DNA from: an uncultured Gemmatimonadales bacterium
Lineage (GTDB): Bacteria > Gemmatimonadota > Gemmatimonadetes > Gemmatimonadales > Gemmatimonadaceae
Reading direction: 5' to 3'
Assembly (NCBI GenBank): GCA_963793305.1
Contig: CAWBZV010000005.1
Span: forward strand, 1,536,001 to 1,600,000
Length of the DNA: 64,000 nt
Shown here: positions 43,508-53,911 of the stretch, one piece after another
Layout: each line of letters starts with the position of its first letter
Position numbering within the stretch: position 1 is the stretch's first letter
Notes under the pieces: model-generated
The model's database searches: none
The model's input: the letters and a program-made list of their open reading frames with translations, nothing else
What the model was told of the DNA's origin: nothing
Made by a program: the position numbers and the translations under genes

Positions 43508-43547
43508 TCATTGGTCCTGGATCCTGAACTGCGCCCGGAACGGCTGC
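43508..43547 (-). repeat. 40-bp duplicate of the 3' end of the gene ending at 44874
   Basis: 39/40 identical to 44874-44913. Both read [12 protein letters not shown] on the minus strand (CAA vs CAG, synonymous). Confidence 0.92.
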
Positions 43548-43609
43548 CATTTCCGGTATCAGAGGTCGCCAACCGGGAAATCGACCCCGAGGGGCTCAGC
43601 CCCTTCCGC

Positions 43610-43990
43610 ATGCGTCCCGTTCCGCGGATCGTGTCGGCCGCCCTCGCCGTGATGCGACACGGAGCGACGGTCGAGCAGATGGCGTCCGATCTCGGCGTGT
43701 CGTCTCGCCACCTCCGATCCCTGTTCCTCGAGCACGTCGGGTTGTCCCCGAAGCGCGCGCTCCGCATCACCCGCTTCCGCGCGGTGTTCGATGCCTCGCG
43801 CACCGTCTCGGTCGTGCGCTGGGCGGCGCTCGCCGCCACCTATGGCTATTGTGATCAATCCCACCTCGTCGACGAGTTCCACGCCCTCGTCGGCGAATCC
43901 CCGGAAGCCTTCCGCGCCCGATGCGATCGGGAGGCCGTCGAGGCAGTTCCGCTTTTGCCAAGCGCCCCGCCGTGGCCCGCGGTATCGTGA
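43610..43990 (+). CDS. AraC-family HTH protein, probably N-terminally truncated
   Basis: VEQMASDLGVSSRHLRSLFLEHVGLSPK and YGYCDQSHLVDEF. No full sensor domain upstream; the frame runs into the 40-bp repeat. Confidence 0.75.
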   Translation: MRPVPRIVSAALAVMRHGATVEQMASDLGVSSRHLRSLFLEHVGLSPKRALRITRFRAVFDASRTVSVVRWAALAATYGYCDQSHLVDEFHALVGESPEAFRARCDREAVEAVPLLPSAPPWPAVS

Positions 43991-43993
43991 CGC

Positions 43994-44893
43994 ATGCGCC
44001 GCCTCATCGCCGCGACCACGCTCTGGTTCCAGTTCCATAGCAGCTTCTGGCCCAATCTCCATCATTTCCTGTATCAGCAGGCGCTTCTGCGCCATCGCTC
44101 GGCGACGCCGGCAACGTTGGCCGTGCTCGCTGACACGGCGCCTCTGACGCCGGCCGAGCGTGCGACCTGGACGAGGGTGCTGACCTACTACGACAGCGCC
44201 GTCGCAGTCCGCGCCATCGACCACGACTCGACCCTGGTCGACGTCAACTATGCATTGGCCGACGCCGACTCGGCCGCACTCACCCCGCACGCTGGCCTCC
44301 CGGCGCCGCTCGTCGCCGCGCTGCAATCGGCGGCCCCTATCTACCGCACGCATTTCTGGCCACGTCACGACAGCGCGAACCGCGCGTGGATCGCCGCGAT
44401 GCAACAGGAGCTGTCCGCGCACGGCGCGGCGCTCACCGCCGCGCTCTCGCGGGTGTACCACGTCCCGCTGCCGAAGACACCGATCCGCGTCGAAGTCGTC
44501 GCCTACGCCAACTGGGCGGGCGCGTACACGACGGACGACCCGGTGCTGATCACGATGTCGAGCACCTACGCGAACCATCGGGGCTCGCTCGGCCTCGAGC
44601 AGATCGTGCACGAAACGTCCCACGCCATGATGGACTCGGTGGACGCGGTCCTGCATTCGGTCGCCGACTCCCGCGATGTCGAGCACGTGATCATTTTCTT
44701 CACGGCTGGAGAGCTCGTCCGGCGCGAGATCCCGAGCCACTCGCCGTTCGCCGATGTCCGAGGCTTGTGGACGCCGGGCGGGAGTCCGTTGGCGCGCTAC
44801 TACGCGACGGTCGTGCCCATCTGGCGTGAGTATCTCGATGGTCGCACGTCGTTCCGCGACGCCCTGACGCGTATCACTGGTCCTGGATCCTGA
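43994..44893 (+). CDS. Hypothetical protein with HExxH motif (putative Zn metallopeptidase)
   Basis: GAYT...EQIVHETSH motif; 299-aa ORF. Confidence 0.65.
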   Translation: MRRLIAATTLWFQFHSSFWPNLHHFLYQQALLRHRSATPATLAVLADTAPLTPAERATWTRVLTYYDSAVAVRAIDHDSTLVDVNYALADADSAALTPHAGLPAPLVAALQSAAPIYRTHFWPRHDSANRAWIAAMQQELSAHGAALTAALSRVYHVPLPKTPIRVEVVAYANWAGAYTTDDPVLITMSSTYANHRGSLGLEQIVHETSHAMMDSVDAVLHSVADSRDVEHVIIFFTAGELVRREIPSHSPFADVRGLWTPGGSPLARYYATVVPIWREYLDGRTSFRDALTRITGPGS

Positions 44894-46690
44894 ACTGCGC
44901 CCGGAACGGCTGCTGCACCACCTGCTTGATCGGGCAGTTGCCGGAGACGGCCGGATCGAATCGCAGCTTATCCAGCCCTTTGCCGACCGCCTGCGCGAAC
45001 GTTGGCGAGGATGTCTTGACCGTCACCATCGTGGACGGGATCGCCCGGCCCTTCTCGTCGACCACGAACTGGAACGTGCCGTCGCCGCTCGGCAACATCG
45101 GTGGCGGCGCATCGAAATCGATGGCGGCCTTGCGCTTGAGCGGGAGTACGGCCACGGAGATGTGCGCGAGATCGATCGCCAGGACGTCGCCGTCCGGCTT
45201 GGCGGACGACAGCGACATGGTGTATGTGCCCGCCGGCACGCCGATGAACGCCTTGACCGAATCGGCGCGGCGCACCGCGGTGAGGAGCGCGCTGTCGATG
45301 GTCGAGACGAGCGATGTGGCGGTCAACGCGACCAACGAGACGCGGCCGCGTGACAGGGAGAACGTCACTTGCCCCGTCACCGTCGGCGCGACCTTGGAGT
45401 TGAACTCGAACCCGTAGACGGGCAGGTCGATGTTGTCGGGCAGATGGAATTGGCGCCGAATGCCCAACGTCACGCGATCGTTGTTCGGATCGCCGGCTCG
45501 CACCACGGTCACCGTGCCGTAGACCGGGATATCGATCGTCTCGAACGACGGCGGCAAGGCGCAGCCGATCGTGATCGTGATGGGCTTGACGGGCTCGGAG
45601 GGCTCGAGCGCCACCCGGCCGCTCGCGGTGTCGTCGGCGATGAACGTGTGGTCGAGAACGACGTCGTTCTCGATCGCTTTGCGGCTCAAGAGTGGGTGGA
45701 GGTCGTAGAAGTCTGGGTCGCTACCCGACCGACGTGGATCAAGGCCGCGGCTCCGGATCGCCATGAGCGGCTGCTCGCCGCTCAACGCGGTGACGATTGG
45801 CACCAGGGGCATGACTTCTTGGAACGTCGTCGTCACGGTGAGTCCGAAGATCGTCGAGCTGGCGAGCTTCGGTTTGGTCAGGTGGAACACGGCGCGGCGA
45901 ACGAGATAGGTCGCCGCATCGAGATAGATCGACCCGTTGACATCGGACACCTTGATCCGATCGGCCGGGCGGAAGTCGATCCGGATCTCATTCTTCTCCT
46001 TGCCCATGTACGCGAAGCAGTGGGCCGCGTCGAACGCCGAGTCGCGCAGATCGGCGAAGTTCGGCAGGTACATCATGATGCGCTGGTGCCCGCTGATGGT
46101 CACGTCGTTGTACACGATCGAGCCGACGTGGTACGGGCGCCGCTCGCGGCTGTCGTACGTGGCCGTATCGACTGAGACGGTACTGTCGGGTAGGCCGTCC
46201 GTGAGAATGAGAGCGGTCTCCTGGCGGCGATAGTGGAAGGGGTACTTCTCGAGCAGGATATTGTAGCGCTCGATATTGGCATCGAGCTGCTCGAAGATCG
46301 CCGCAAGTTGCGGATTGACACCGCGTCCCGGGATGCCCGTCACGACACACGCGCCATGCCGGTTGTGTTGTGCGGTGACCGGAACCGTCGACAGCCGGAT
46401 GGCCGCGGGCGCGAGCCGGAGGACGAGCAGGGAGCGGGTCGGCCCGAAGGTGATCGTCGTGTCAAGCGGCGAGTATCCGAGCATCCGTGCGCGGATGTGG
46501 TACGTGCCGTCTTTGACATCCCCCAGCGAAAACTGCCCACTGGCGTCGGCGAACCGCCCCGAGCTATCGGGGCCGATAATCGTGCCATAGGGGATGGGCT
46601 GGCTGTCAGCGGCGGAGCGGAGCACTCCCCTGACAATTTGCGCCCCGGCGGTGTGCGCGACGCACGCCAGGGCGCCGAGCGCGAGTCTAC
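44874..46690 (-). CDS. Secreted protein with N-terminal carboxypeptidase-regulatory-like domain and C-terminal TonB-like domain
   Basis: [25 protein letters not shown], and C-terminal QFVVDEKGR...[17 protein letters not shown]. Start codon unresolved; ORF-track start overlaps dcd. Confidence 0.7.
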
Positions 46691-47242
46691 AGCTTCGGGA
46701 GCGTAACTCCCTGTTGGCCCTGATACTTGCCCTTTTTGTCCTTGTAGGACACTTGAGGGGGTTCTGAGCCTTTGAAGAACAGAACCTGAGCGATCCCTTC
46801 GTTCGCATAGATCTTGGCCGGCAACGGCGTCGTGTTCGAGATCTCGAGCGTGACGAACCCTTCCCATTCCGGCTCGAACGGCGTCACGTTTGTGATGATG
46901 CCGCATCGGGCGTACGTGGACTTTCCCACGCAGATCGTAACTACATCGCGCGGGATGCGAAAGTACTCGACGGATCTGGCCAGCGCGAACGAGTTCGGCG
47001 GCACGATGCAGAACGTCGCCGTTGAATTCCACGAACGACTTCGGGTCGAAATTCTTGGGGTCGACGATCGAGCTATTGACGTTGGTGAAGATCCGGAACT
47101 CGCCCGCTACGCGCATATCATAGCCATAGCTCGACACGCCGTACGAGATGACGCCGGTGCGTACCTGGCGGTCCTCGAAGGGCTCGATCATGCAATGTTC
47201 GCGGGCCATCTGGGTGATCCACCGGTCGGACTGAATGGTCAT
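46687..47242 (-). CDS. dcd: dCTP deaminase, one +1 frameshift near 47012
   Basis: [11 protein letters not shown] in one frame; [18 protein letters not shown] and YANEGIAQ in the next. Span is 556 nt (3n+1). Confidence 0.93.
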
Positions 47243-47298
47243 GGGCGCGAATAGTAGACGCGACCTCAACCATGCGCCACGGCCTCCGCGTGGCCGAT

Positions 47299-48108
47299 CT
47301 AGAGCCGCTGGATCGCCGCCCGGGCGAGCCTCGCCGCACCTGCGGCGTCCGCCGCCGACGTGCGGTACTCCATCTCGATCATGCGGTCCCCCTTCAAGAA
47401 ATAGAGGCGGCCGTCCACGTCCGTCCCCTGAAAGAGCTTCCGCCCGTTCCACCAACTCGGCGTGACGATCAACACGCAATGGTGGCCGCTGTAATACGAG
47501 CAACTCGGTCCCGGTCCGTAAGCGAGGGGTGTCGTGGCCCGCGATCGGTACGGCGCGACCGCGAGCCGTCCGAGCACCGCCTCCGCCTCGCTTCGGGTGA
47601 TCAGCGTGCACGGGTCCGGCCCCCAGCTCGGCGCCGACGCGTCGGTCTCCGTCAGGGCGAACGGCAGGTCAGGCACGCGCTCGATCGCGCGGGCGGCGAC
47701 CGCGAGGGCCTGCGCTGGACTGACACCATAGCGGAATATTCTGAGACCCAGATGGCCCTGGCGCGCGATCGTGAGGCCGCCGGGGACCGATGACTCGAAA
47801 TCCCATGTGCTGTCCCGGCGACCTTCGATGGCCGACATGGTTTCCAGAGCGGTCAGCCCGTCGACGAGGATCTGAATGGTGAGTTGATGCGTCGTGTCTC
47901 GGAGACGGTAGAGACATGCCTCGCCATCAAGTTGGGGCTGCGGGGTTTCCGCGCTGGCCACGCGCTGTGGGGTAGCCCCAAGCGGCCCCACGATATGCTC
48001 GACATCGCGGCGCGAGACCCAGGCGCAGGGGTCCGCGCCCGTGAGCTGCGTCCTCATTCTCCCGCAGCTGGCCAGCAACGTGAGGAGCGCGATGCCGCGA
48101 AGGAGCAC
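47299..48108 (-). CDS. Hypothetical lipoprotein with two DPC...C repeats (DUF3558-like)
   Basis: Lipobox [21 protein letters not shown] and [17 protein letters not shown]. Confidence 0.65.
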   Translation of the reverse strand: MLLRGIALLTLLASCGRMRTQLTGADPCAWVSRRDVEHIVGPLGATPQRVASAETPQPQLDGEACLYRLRDTTHQLTIQILVDGLTALETMSAIEGRRDSTWDFESSVPGGLTIARQGHLGLRIFRYGVSPAQALAVAARAIERVPDLPFALTETDASAPSWGPDPCTLITRSEAEAVLGRLAVAPYRSRATTPLAYGPGPSCSYYSGHHCVLIVTPSWWNGRKLFQGTDVDGRLYFLKGDRMIEMEYRTSAADAAGAARLARAAIQRL

Positions 48109-48130
48109 GCGGCCGATGATGGGATGCGAG

Positions 48131-48209
48131 CGTTACCGGCCCGTCCGTGCAGACGTTACCGGGGACCGGTAACAGCTCCGTTGCGTGGTCGGACGGGAAG
48201 CCCTACCGT
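48131..48209. promoter_or_regulatory. Divergent control region with three CCGGTAAC boxes and a sigma70-like promoter
   Basis: GTTACCGG at 48132 and 48155, CCGGTAAC at 48166. TTGCGT (48181), 17 bp, TACCGT (48204), 6 nt before GTG 48216. Confidence 0.6.
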
Positions 48210-48215
48210 CCCTGG

Positions 48216-50984
48216 GTGAGCGAGCTCCAGACCCTCGGCCGCGTCCGCTTGACGAGCGTGACCGAGTCGGGCCCACAGGACGTGGCAGTCCAACCGAAGC
48301 GACTGGCGCTCTTGGCCTATCTTGCCGTGGCCCAGCCGCGCGGTGTGCATCGCCGCGACACTGTGATCGCCCTCTTCTGGCCGGAGCTCGGCCAGGATGA
48401 AGCGCGCCGCGCCCTGCGGCAGGCGCTGCACTACCTGCGCGGCGTGGCCGGTGACGACGCATTCGAAGGGCGGAGCGACGAGGTTGGGCTCCGTGACGGA
48501 TCGCTCGCCTGCGATGCCGTGGAGTTCGAGCGCCTGATGGCGACGGACCGGGCCGAGGACGCAACGTCGGCATACCGGGGCGACTTCCTCGCCGGATTCC
48601 ATGTGCCCAATGTGGCGCCGGAATATGAGGAGTGGGTCGACCGCACGCGTTCACGCTTGCGCGATCTCGCGACGCGCGCCGCATGGCGGACGGCCAATGT
48701 GGCCGAGCGCGACGGGCGGCCGGGCGCCGCGGTAGGCGCGGCGCTGCGCGCGCTGGAGCTCGCGCCGGAGGATGAGCGCGGCCTCAAGCGGACGCTCGAG
48801 ATGCTCGAGCGGCACGGCGACCGCGCGCGGGCGTTGCAGGTGTATGGCGCATTCGCGAAGCGGCTCCGCACCGAGTACGATGTGGAGCCTGCGCCCGACA
48901 CGATAGCGCTTGCGGAGCGGATTCGGACCGCGCCTCCGCGGGTCATCGCTCCGGCGCCGGCGCCAACCGCGCCCGCGACGACCGCACCTGTGGTGGCTCC
49001 TGCCGTCATGTCCAGTCGTCGGCGCTGGCCCATTCCGCTGCTCACGCTCTTCGTGGGGCTGGCGGCCATCGGAGCGGTGTACGTGGCGCAACGGGCCCGG
49101 TCGAACGGCAACGGTGCCCGCCCGTCGCGAGACCGAATCCTCGTGGCCGGCGTCGCGAATCACACCGCGGACTCGACGCTCGGCCTCGTGCTCGGCGAAG
49201 CCCTCGAAGTCGACCTCCAGCAATCACCGCTCGTGCAGGTCTTGAGTCCGGCGCAGGTGCGGCGCGTGCTCGCGCTGATGCAGCGTCCCCAAGACGTGCT
49301 GGTCGATGATGCCTTGGCGCGCGAGATCGCGCAGCGCGAGGGGCTCAAGTTGTTCGTGACGGGGGATGTGAGCACGATCGGCCGTACCTACGTGCTCTCG
49401 GCTCGGATCGTGGCGGCGCCCAGTGGCGACGTGGTGGGGGCCGCGCGCGCGAGCGCGGCGGATTCGACCGAGATCATCCCGGCCATCGGTCGACTGTCGC
49501 GCGAGCTGCGCGGCCAGCTCGGCGAGTCGCTGCGCTCGGTCAACTCGAGCCCGGCGCTCAGTCGCGTGACCACGACATCATTGGGCGCCCTCCGACTCTA
49601 CGCCCGCGCGATCGATGCGTCGGCCCGGCATGGGGATGTGACGACCGGTATCCGCTTGTCGAGCGATGCGGTGGTGCTCGATACGGGGTTCGCGATGGCG
49701 TTCGCGATGTTGGGCTCGTTGTACTACGATGAGCTGGATTGGGGTCGGTCGGTCAGCGCGCTGCGTCATGCGTACGAGCACCGTGACCGACTGACGTTCC
49801 ACGAACGCCAGCTCGTGCTCGGCGCCTACTACTTGTATGCCACGAACGAGTACGACAAGGCCATCAGCGCGTACCGCGAGCTGCTCGACCTCTATCCCGA
49901 GGACTATCGGGCGCTCAATAGCGTGGCGAACGCCTATTACGATCAGCGGCAATTCGAGCAGGCGGACACGTTCTACCTGAGGGCGATCCGCGCCGATCCG
50001 CTCGGCGCCGGCGCGCAGCTCAACCACGTGAACACGCTGATCGATCTCGGCCGGTTCGACGCGGCACGAGTCGTCTTCGACTCGGTCACGCAGCGATTTC
50101 CGGGTGATCATCAAAACGAACAGACCGAGGTGTTCTTCGCGATGGCGCGCCAGGACTGGGACGCCGCGGGGCGGCATGCGCAGACGTACCTGGCGGTCGC
50201 GCGGGGCGACCCGTTCGATGAGATGGACGCCTATGAGACCAGCGCAACCGTGGCCCTCGCGGTCGGCCGGCTGGCGCAGGCCGAGCGCGACTCCCGGAGC
50301 GCGATGCAGCTCGCCGAGCAGAACACGTCGCCGTTCCGGTATCTCTCGAGCGCGATTCGACTGGGGTGGCTGGAGCTGCGGTACCGGCACCGTCCCGACC
50401 GCGCGCGTGCCGAGGTCGATGCCGCGCTGTCTCTCCATCCGCTCGCGGCGCTCGCGCCCAGTGACCGTCCGTACCTGGAGCTAGTGCACTTCTTCGCGGC
50501 TGCCGGCGACGTGCCGCGCGCGCGGGCGATGCTCGCGCGGTTCGAGAGCGACAGCGCCATGCGCATCCGCCTCGGAGGCGCGGCATGGCAAGATGCCCAA
50601 GGGGCCCTGGCGCTGGCGCAGCATCGCACGCGCGATGCGATCGACCAGTTGCGCCTGGCCAATGTGGGCAATCGCTGCCCGATCTGCGTTTTGCCGGATC
50701 TCGCACGCGCGTACGACGACGCGGGAGACGCCGAAAGCGCGATCGCGGCCTACGAGCGCTACCTGCGCACGCCGTGGATCTGGCGCTTGGACACGGACCA
50801 GTTCAGCCTCGGCTGGAGCATGCAGCGCGCCGCGCAGCTGTACGAGCTCCGCGGCGCGCCAGCCCGAGCCGCGCAGCAGTACAATCAACTGCTTCGCCTC
50901 TGGAGCGGCGCCGATCCGGAGCTTGCTCCCGTGATAGCCGAAGCGCGCGCTCGTCTGGTCGCACTCGGAACTGCCGCGCGCTAG
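48216..50984 (+). CDS. SARP/BTAD-type regulator with TM segment, TolB-N-like domain and TPRs
   Basis: LQTLG, KRLALLAYLA, RDTVIALFWP, LRQALHYLR, YRGDFLAG, EEWV; then a TM helix, ILVAGVANHT and TPR repeats. Confidence 0.85.
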   Translation: MSELQTLGRVRLTSVTESGPQDVAVQPKRLALLAYLAVAQPRGVHRRDTVIALFWPELGQDEARRALRQALHYLRGVAGDDAFEGRSDEVGLRDGSLACDAVEFERLMATDRAEDATSAYRGDFLAGFHVPNVAPEYEEWVDRTRSRLRDLATRAAWRTANVAERDGRPGAAVGAALRALELAPEDERGLKRTLEMLERHGDRARALQVYGAFAKRLRTEYDVEPAPDTIALAERIRTAPPRVIAPAPAPTAPATTAPVVAPAVMSSRRRWPIPLLTLFVGLAAIGAVYVAQRARSNGNGARPSRDRILVAGVANHTADSTLGLVLGEALEVDLQQSPLVQVLSPAQVRRVLALMQRPQDVLVDDALAREIAQREGLKLFVTGDVSTIGRTYVLSARIVAAPSGDVVGAARASAADSTEIIPAIGRLSRELRGQLGESLRSVNSSPALSRVTTTSLGALRLYARAIDASARHGDVTTGIRLSSDAVVLDTGFAMAFAMLGSLYYDELDWGRSVSALRHAYEHRDRLTFHERQLVLGAYYLYATNEYDKAISAYRELLDLYPEDYRALNSVANAYYDQRQFEQADTFYLRAIRADPLGAGAQLNHVNTLIDLGRFDAARVVFDSVTQRFPGDHQNEQTEVFFAMARQDWDAAGRHAQTYLAVARGDPFDEMDAYETSATVALAVGRLAQAERDSRSAMQLAEQNTSPFRYLSSAIRLGWLELRYRHRPDRARAEVDAALSLHPLAALAPSDRPYLELVHFFAAAGDVPRARAMLARFESDSAMRIRLGGAAWQDAQGALALAQHRTRDAIDQLRLANVGNRCPICVLPDLARAYDDAGDAESAIAAYERYLRTPWIWRLDTDQFSLGWSMQRAAQLYELRGAPARAAQQYNQLLRLWSGADPELAPVIAEARARLVALGTAAR

Positions 50985-50989
50985 CTGGC

Positions 50990-51763
50990 TCACCCGTGTG
51001 TCGCGAAGTAGCCGCAGGCCGCGGCGCATCCGACCATCGCGGCCGACAGGAAGGCATACCACCACACGATGAGCCAAAATGCCTGCGGCTGTTCCGCGCG
51101 CGACATCGGAGGACCGGCGCTCCTGCTCCTATAACGGCCCACGTACAATTGGATCTTCCCCGTACGTATCCCCGCCACGCTCATCCGAGCGAACCCAAAC
51201 GCGAAGTACAAGAAGAACAGCGCGCAGACCCAGCCCCCTATTTTGTTGCTCATGGGATCACCGTAGATAGAGATGGCGCGCAGGCGAGTACGCGTGTCGG
51301 CGTCCGGTATCCGGAGCGCCCGCGGGAAGTACAGGATCGGCCACCGACCAGGCTCGTCACCGTTGCGGAGCACCACCACGCCGTTCGGACGCCACGTGTA
51401 GCGGAGGACGTGCTCGTCCAGCTCGTAGTGCCGGATCTGCTCCCAAGCCAAGTACGCGCTCTTGTTCCCACTCCGTGGAATGGTGAATTCGATCCCGTGT
51501 TCGTACACGCGCACGGGACAGAGCAGGAACGCGACGCGATTGGCGAGGACGAACAGCGCGACGATCAGGAGATTCGCCAACGGCAGTAGGGACGCGATCG
51601 CGCCGCGAGCGATCTGCACCGCCGCGACGCAGACGACGACGCCGAGCGTGACGAGGATCGCGACACGGTAGCGTCCCAACAGATCAAACGGCGCGCGCAC
51701 TTCCGCCACGAGTGCGCCCTTGTCCACGGCGCCGCTGGTGTACTCTCTACTTGAGGGGGACAT
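50990..51763 (-). CDS. Hypothetical membrane protein
   Basis: About four hydrophobic segments around a PH-like stretch; start uncertain. Confidence 0.55.
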   Translation of the reverse strand: MSPSSREYTSGAVDKGALVAEVRAPFDLLGRYRVAILVTLGVVVCVAAVQIARGAIASLLPLANLLIVALFVLANRVAFLLCPVRVYEHGIEFTIPRSGNKSAYLAWEQIRHYELDEHVLRYTWRPNGVVVLRNGDEPGRWPILYFPRALRIPDADTRTRLRAISIYGDPMSNKIGGWVCALFFLYFAFGFARMSVAGIRTGKIQLYVGRYRSRSAGPPMSRAEQPQAFWLIVWWYAFLSAAMVGCAAACGYFATHG

Positions 51764-52721
51764 TGAGATCGCCGGATTTGTCGAACGCGAGTTCCGTTGG
51801 GACGTCGAACGAAGCGGACTCCACGATCACGGCGGGCGACTGGATGCCGCCGGCCGCCAGTTGGTTGGGCGTGAACTCCAGCAAGGCATATGCGTCGTGC
51901 ACCGTACCGATGATCCACATGTCCCCCAATGCATCGAAGGCGATGGACGTGAGGTACCCTAATCCCACATTGCTGAGGGTCACCATCGGTTGCGGGCTTC
52001 CCGACACGGAGAGCTGGCTGGGCGCATACGCCACGACGGCGCTCACGCCTGTGCGCGCCACCCACAGGTTGCCGTGCGCATCGAAGGTCAGGCCCAACGT
52101 GATGTTGCTCGAGGCGCCACCCACCGCTTGCAGTGTGACAGCGGGCGCGGGGGTGCCACTCGAGGCGAGCTGCGCGGCCGTGAATTCTGTGATCGTGCTG
52201 TAGTACGCCATCCACAGGTTACCAGCCGTATCGAATGCACAAGCGCTCAGGCTCCCCTCCGGGGCTGCGAGTACGACAGCGGGCGGGGATGAGGTCGTGC
52301 TGATGAGCTGCTGGGCGGCGTACTGCGCCACGATACCATTGAGGATATCTGCAACCCAGAGGCCGCCACTGCCCGGACGCTGCAGATACGCGACTGATGC
52401 CACCGCCGTGTCGCCCGCCGCCACCGTCGCCGGACTACCGGTCACGCTAGGCGTGAACACGCTGCTGACGATCGAGTTGACTGTGACCACCGACCCGCCG
52501 GAGACCGTGTAGCTGCCCAGCGCGAGCCCGGTCAGTGTCTGTGTCGCATGGATCGTTGTTTGAAACCCCGACGGTCCCATGACAGTGACGCCGGGCGTTC
52601 CGCCCCCGGCCGTGACCGTCACGGTCAAACTGCCGGTTTGTGGCGGCGGCGCCGTCGTTGGGCTGGAGCCGCTACATGCGGCGAGAGCCGCGGCGCCGAC
52701 CGTGAACACGCTGACCCGCAT
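51747..52721 (-). CDS. Lipoprotein with NHL-like propeller repeats, possibly C-truncated
   Basis: Lipobox LAAC; repeated AFDTAGNLW, TFDAHGNLW, AFDALGDMW, AFDKSGDL. Confidence 0.7.
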   Translation of the reverse strand: MRVSVFTVGAAALAACSGSSPTTAPPPQTGSLTVTVTAGGGTPGVTVMGPSGFQTTIHATQTLTGLALGSYTVSGGSVVTVNSIVSSVFTPSVTGSPATVAAGDTAVASVAYLQRPGSGGLWVADILNGIVAQYAAQQLISTTSSPPAVVLAAPEGSLSACAFDTAGNLWMAYYSTITEFTAAQLASSGTPAPAVTLQAVGGASSNITLGLTFDAHGNLWVARTGVSAVVAYAPSQLSVSGSPQPMVTLSNVGLGYLTSIAFDALGDMWIIGTVHDAYALLEFTPNQLAAGGIQSPAVIVESASFDVPTELAFDKSGDLNVPLK

Positions 52722-52829
52722 ACCAGGCCTTCTCCGTGAGAGTCGGCGCAGAAGTGCCTGGGCGCTGTTACTGGACGCGTTCGATCGGCCGTTACCGGCG
52801 CCGTAAGCCGCGCGGGCGGATAGACCCCG

Positions 52830-52888
52830 TTGATTGCGGGTCACCCCTCCGGTAATTTGCCTTGGCTGTCTCGTGAAACTTTTCACAA
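52830..52888 (+). promoter_or_regulatory. nuo promoter with Rex-like operator
   Basis: TTGATT, 17 bp, TAATTT (52830-52858). TCGTGAA-ACTT-TTCACAA (52871-52888) vs Rex consensus TTGTGAA-N4-TTCACAA. Confidence 0.75.
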
Positions 52889-52907
52889 GATCGAAACACC
52901 GGAGTTT

Positions 52908-53312
52908 ATGGCGAGCTCTTTCTTTCCGGTGCTCCTGCTGATCGGGTTCGTCGCCGTCAACGCCGTGGCGATCATCGGGTTGTCGCACCTGACGTTACGC
53001 CTGCGTCCGACGCCCGAGAAGGACACCGCCTACGAATCCGGAATCCCGCCCCTTGGCGACGCCCGAGAACGCTTCTCGGTCAAGTTCTATATGGTTGCCA
53101 TGCTCTTCATCGTCTTCGACATCGAGACGGTGTTCATGATCCCCTGGGGCGTGTCCTTCCGTCAGCTCTCCTGCACGGTGCCACTCGTCAATGGCCTCTG
53201 CCCCAGCGGGCACGCCACGCTGTTCGGGCTCGGCGAGATGCTGGTCTTCATCGCCATTCTCCTCGCTGGCCTCGTCTACGTCTGGAAGAAGGGCGCGCTG
53301 CAATGGGATTAA
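52908..53312 (+). CDS. nuoA: NADH-quinone oxidoreductase subunit A
   Basis: [27 protein letters not shown]. Confidence 0.95.
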   Translation: MASSFFPVLLLIGFVAVNAVAIIGLSHLTLRLRPTPEKDTAYESGIPPLGDARERFSVKFYMVAMLFIVFDIETVFMIPWGVSFRQLSCTVPLVNGLCPSGHATLFGLGEMLVFIAILLAGLVYVWKKGALQWD

Positions 53313-53911
53313 CCCAAGTATCCTACGTTCCCGAGTCTCAAGAGAGTTGGGTCGCCACAAAACTCGACTTTCTCGTGAACTGGGGACGCGCGAACTCGCT
53401 GTGGCCGATGCCGTTCGGCACCGCGTGTTGCGCGATCGAGTTCATGGCGACGGCCGCCAGCCGGTTCGACCTCGCCCGCTTCGGGATGGAGCGCATGAGC
53501 TTCTCGCCGCGGCAGGCCGATGTGTTGATCTGCGCGGGCCGCGTGCCGTTCAAGCTCGCCCCGGTCATTCGGCGGATCTGGCAGCAGATGCCCCAGCCAA
53601 AGTGGTGCATCTCGATGGGCGCCTGCGCGTCGTCCGGTGGCATGTTCGACAACTACGCCGTGGTGCAGGGCATCGACACGATCATTCCGGTCGATGTCTA
53701 CGTCCCGGGCTGCCCGCCGCGCCCCGAGGGGTTGCTCTACGGAATCCGCATGCTCCAGCAGAAAGTGATGCGCGAGCGGATGTCGGATACGTCGATCCGC
53801 ACGGAGATGGAGCCGGATCCGTCGAGCCGCCTGTACATACCGGCGCCCACGATCGACGAGTTGTCGGAGCCGTTCGGCAACTCCGTGCAACAGACACGGT
53901 CTACGGTATGA
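53303..53911 (+). CDS. nuoB: NADH-quinone oxidoreductase subunit B
   Basis: [22 protein letters not shown]. Confidence 0.97.
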   Translation: MGLTQVSYVPESQESWVATKLDFLVNWGRANSLWPMPFGTACCAIEFMATAASRFDLARFGMERMSFSPRQADVLICAGRVPFKLAPVIRRIWQQMPQPKWCISMGACASSGGMFDNYAVVQGIDTIIPVDVYVPGCPPRPEGLLYGIRMLQQKVMRERMSDTSIRTEMEPDPSSRLYIPAPTIDELSEPFGNSVQQTRSTV

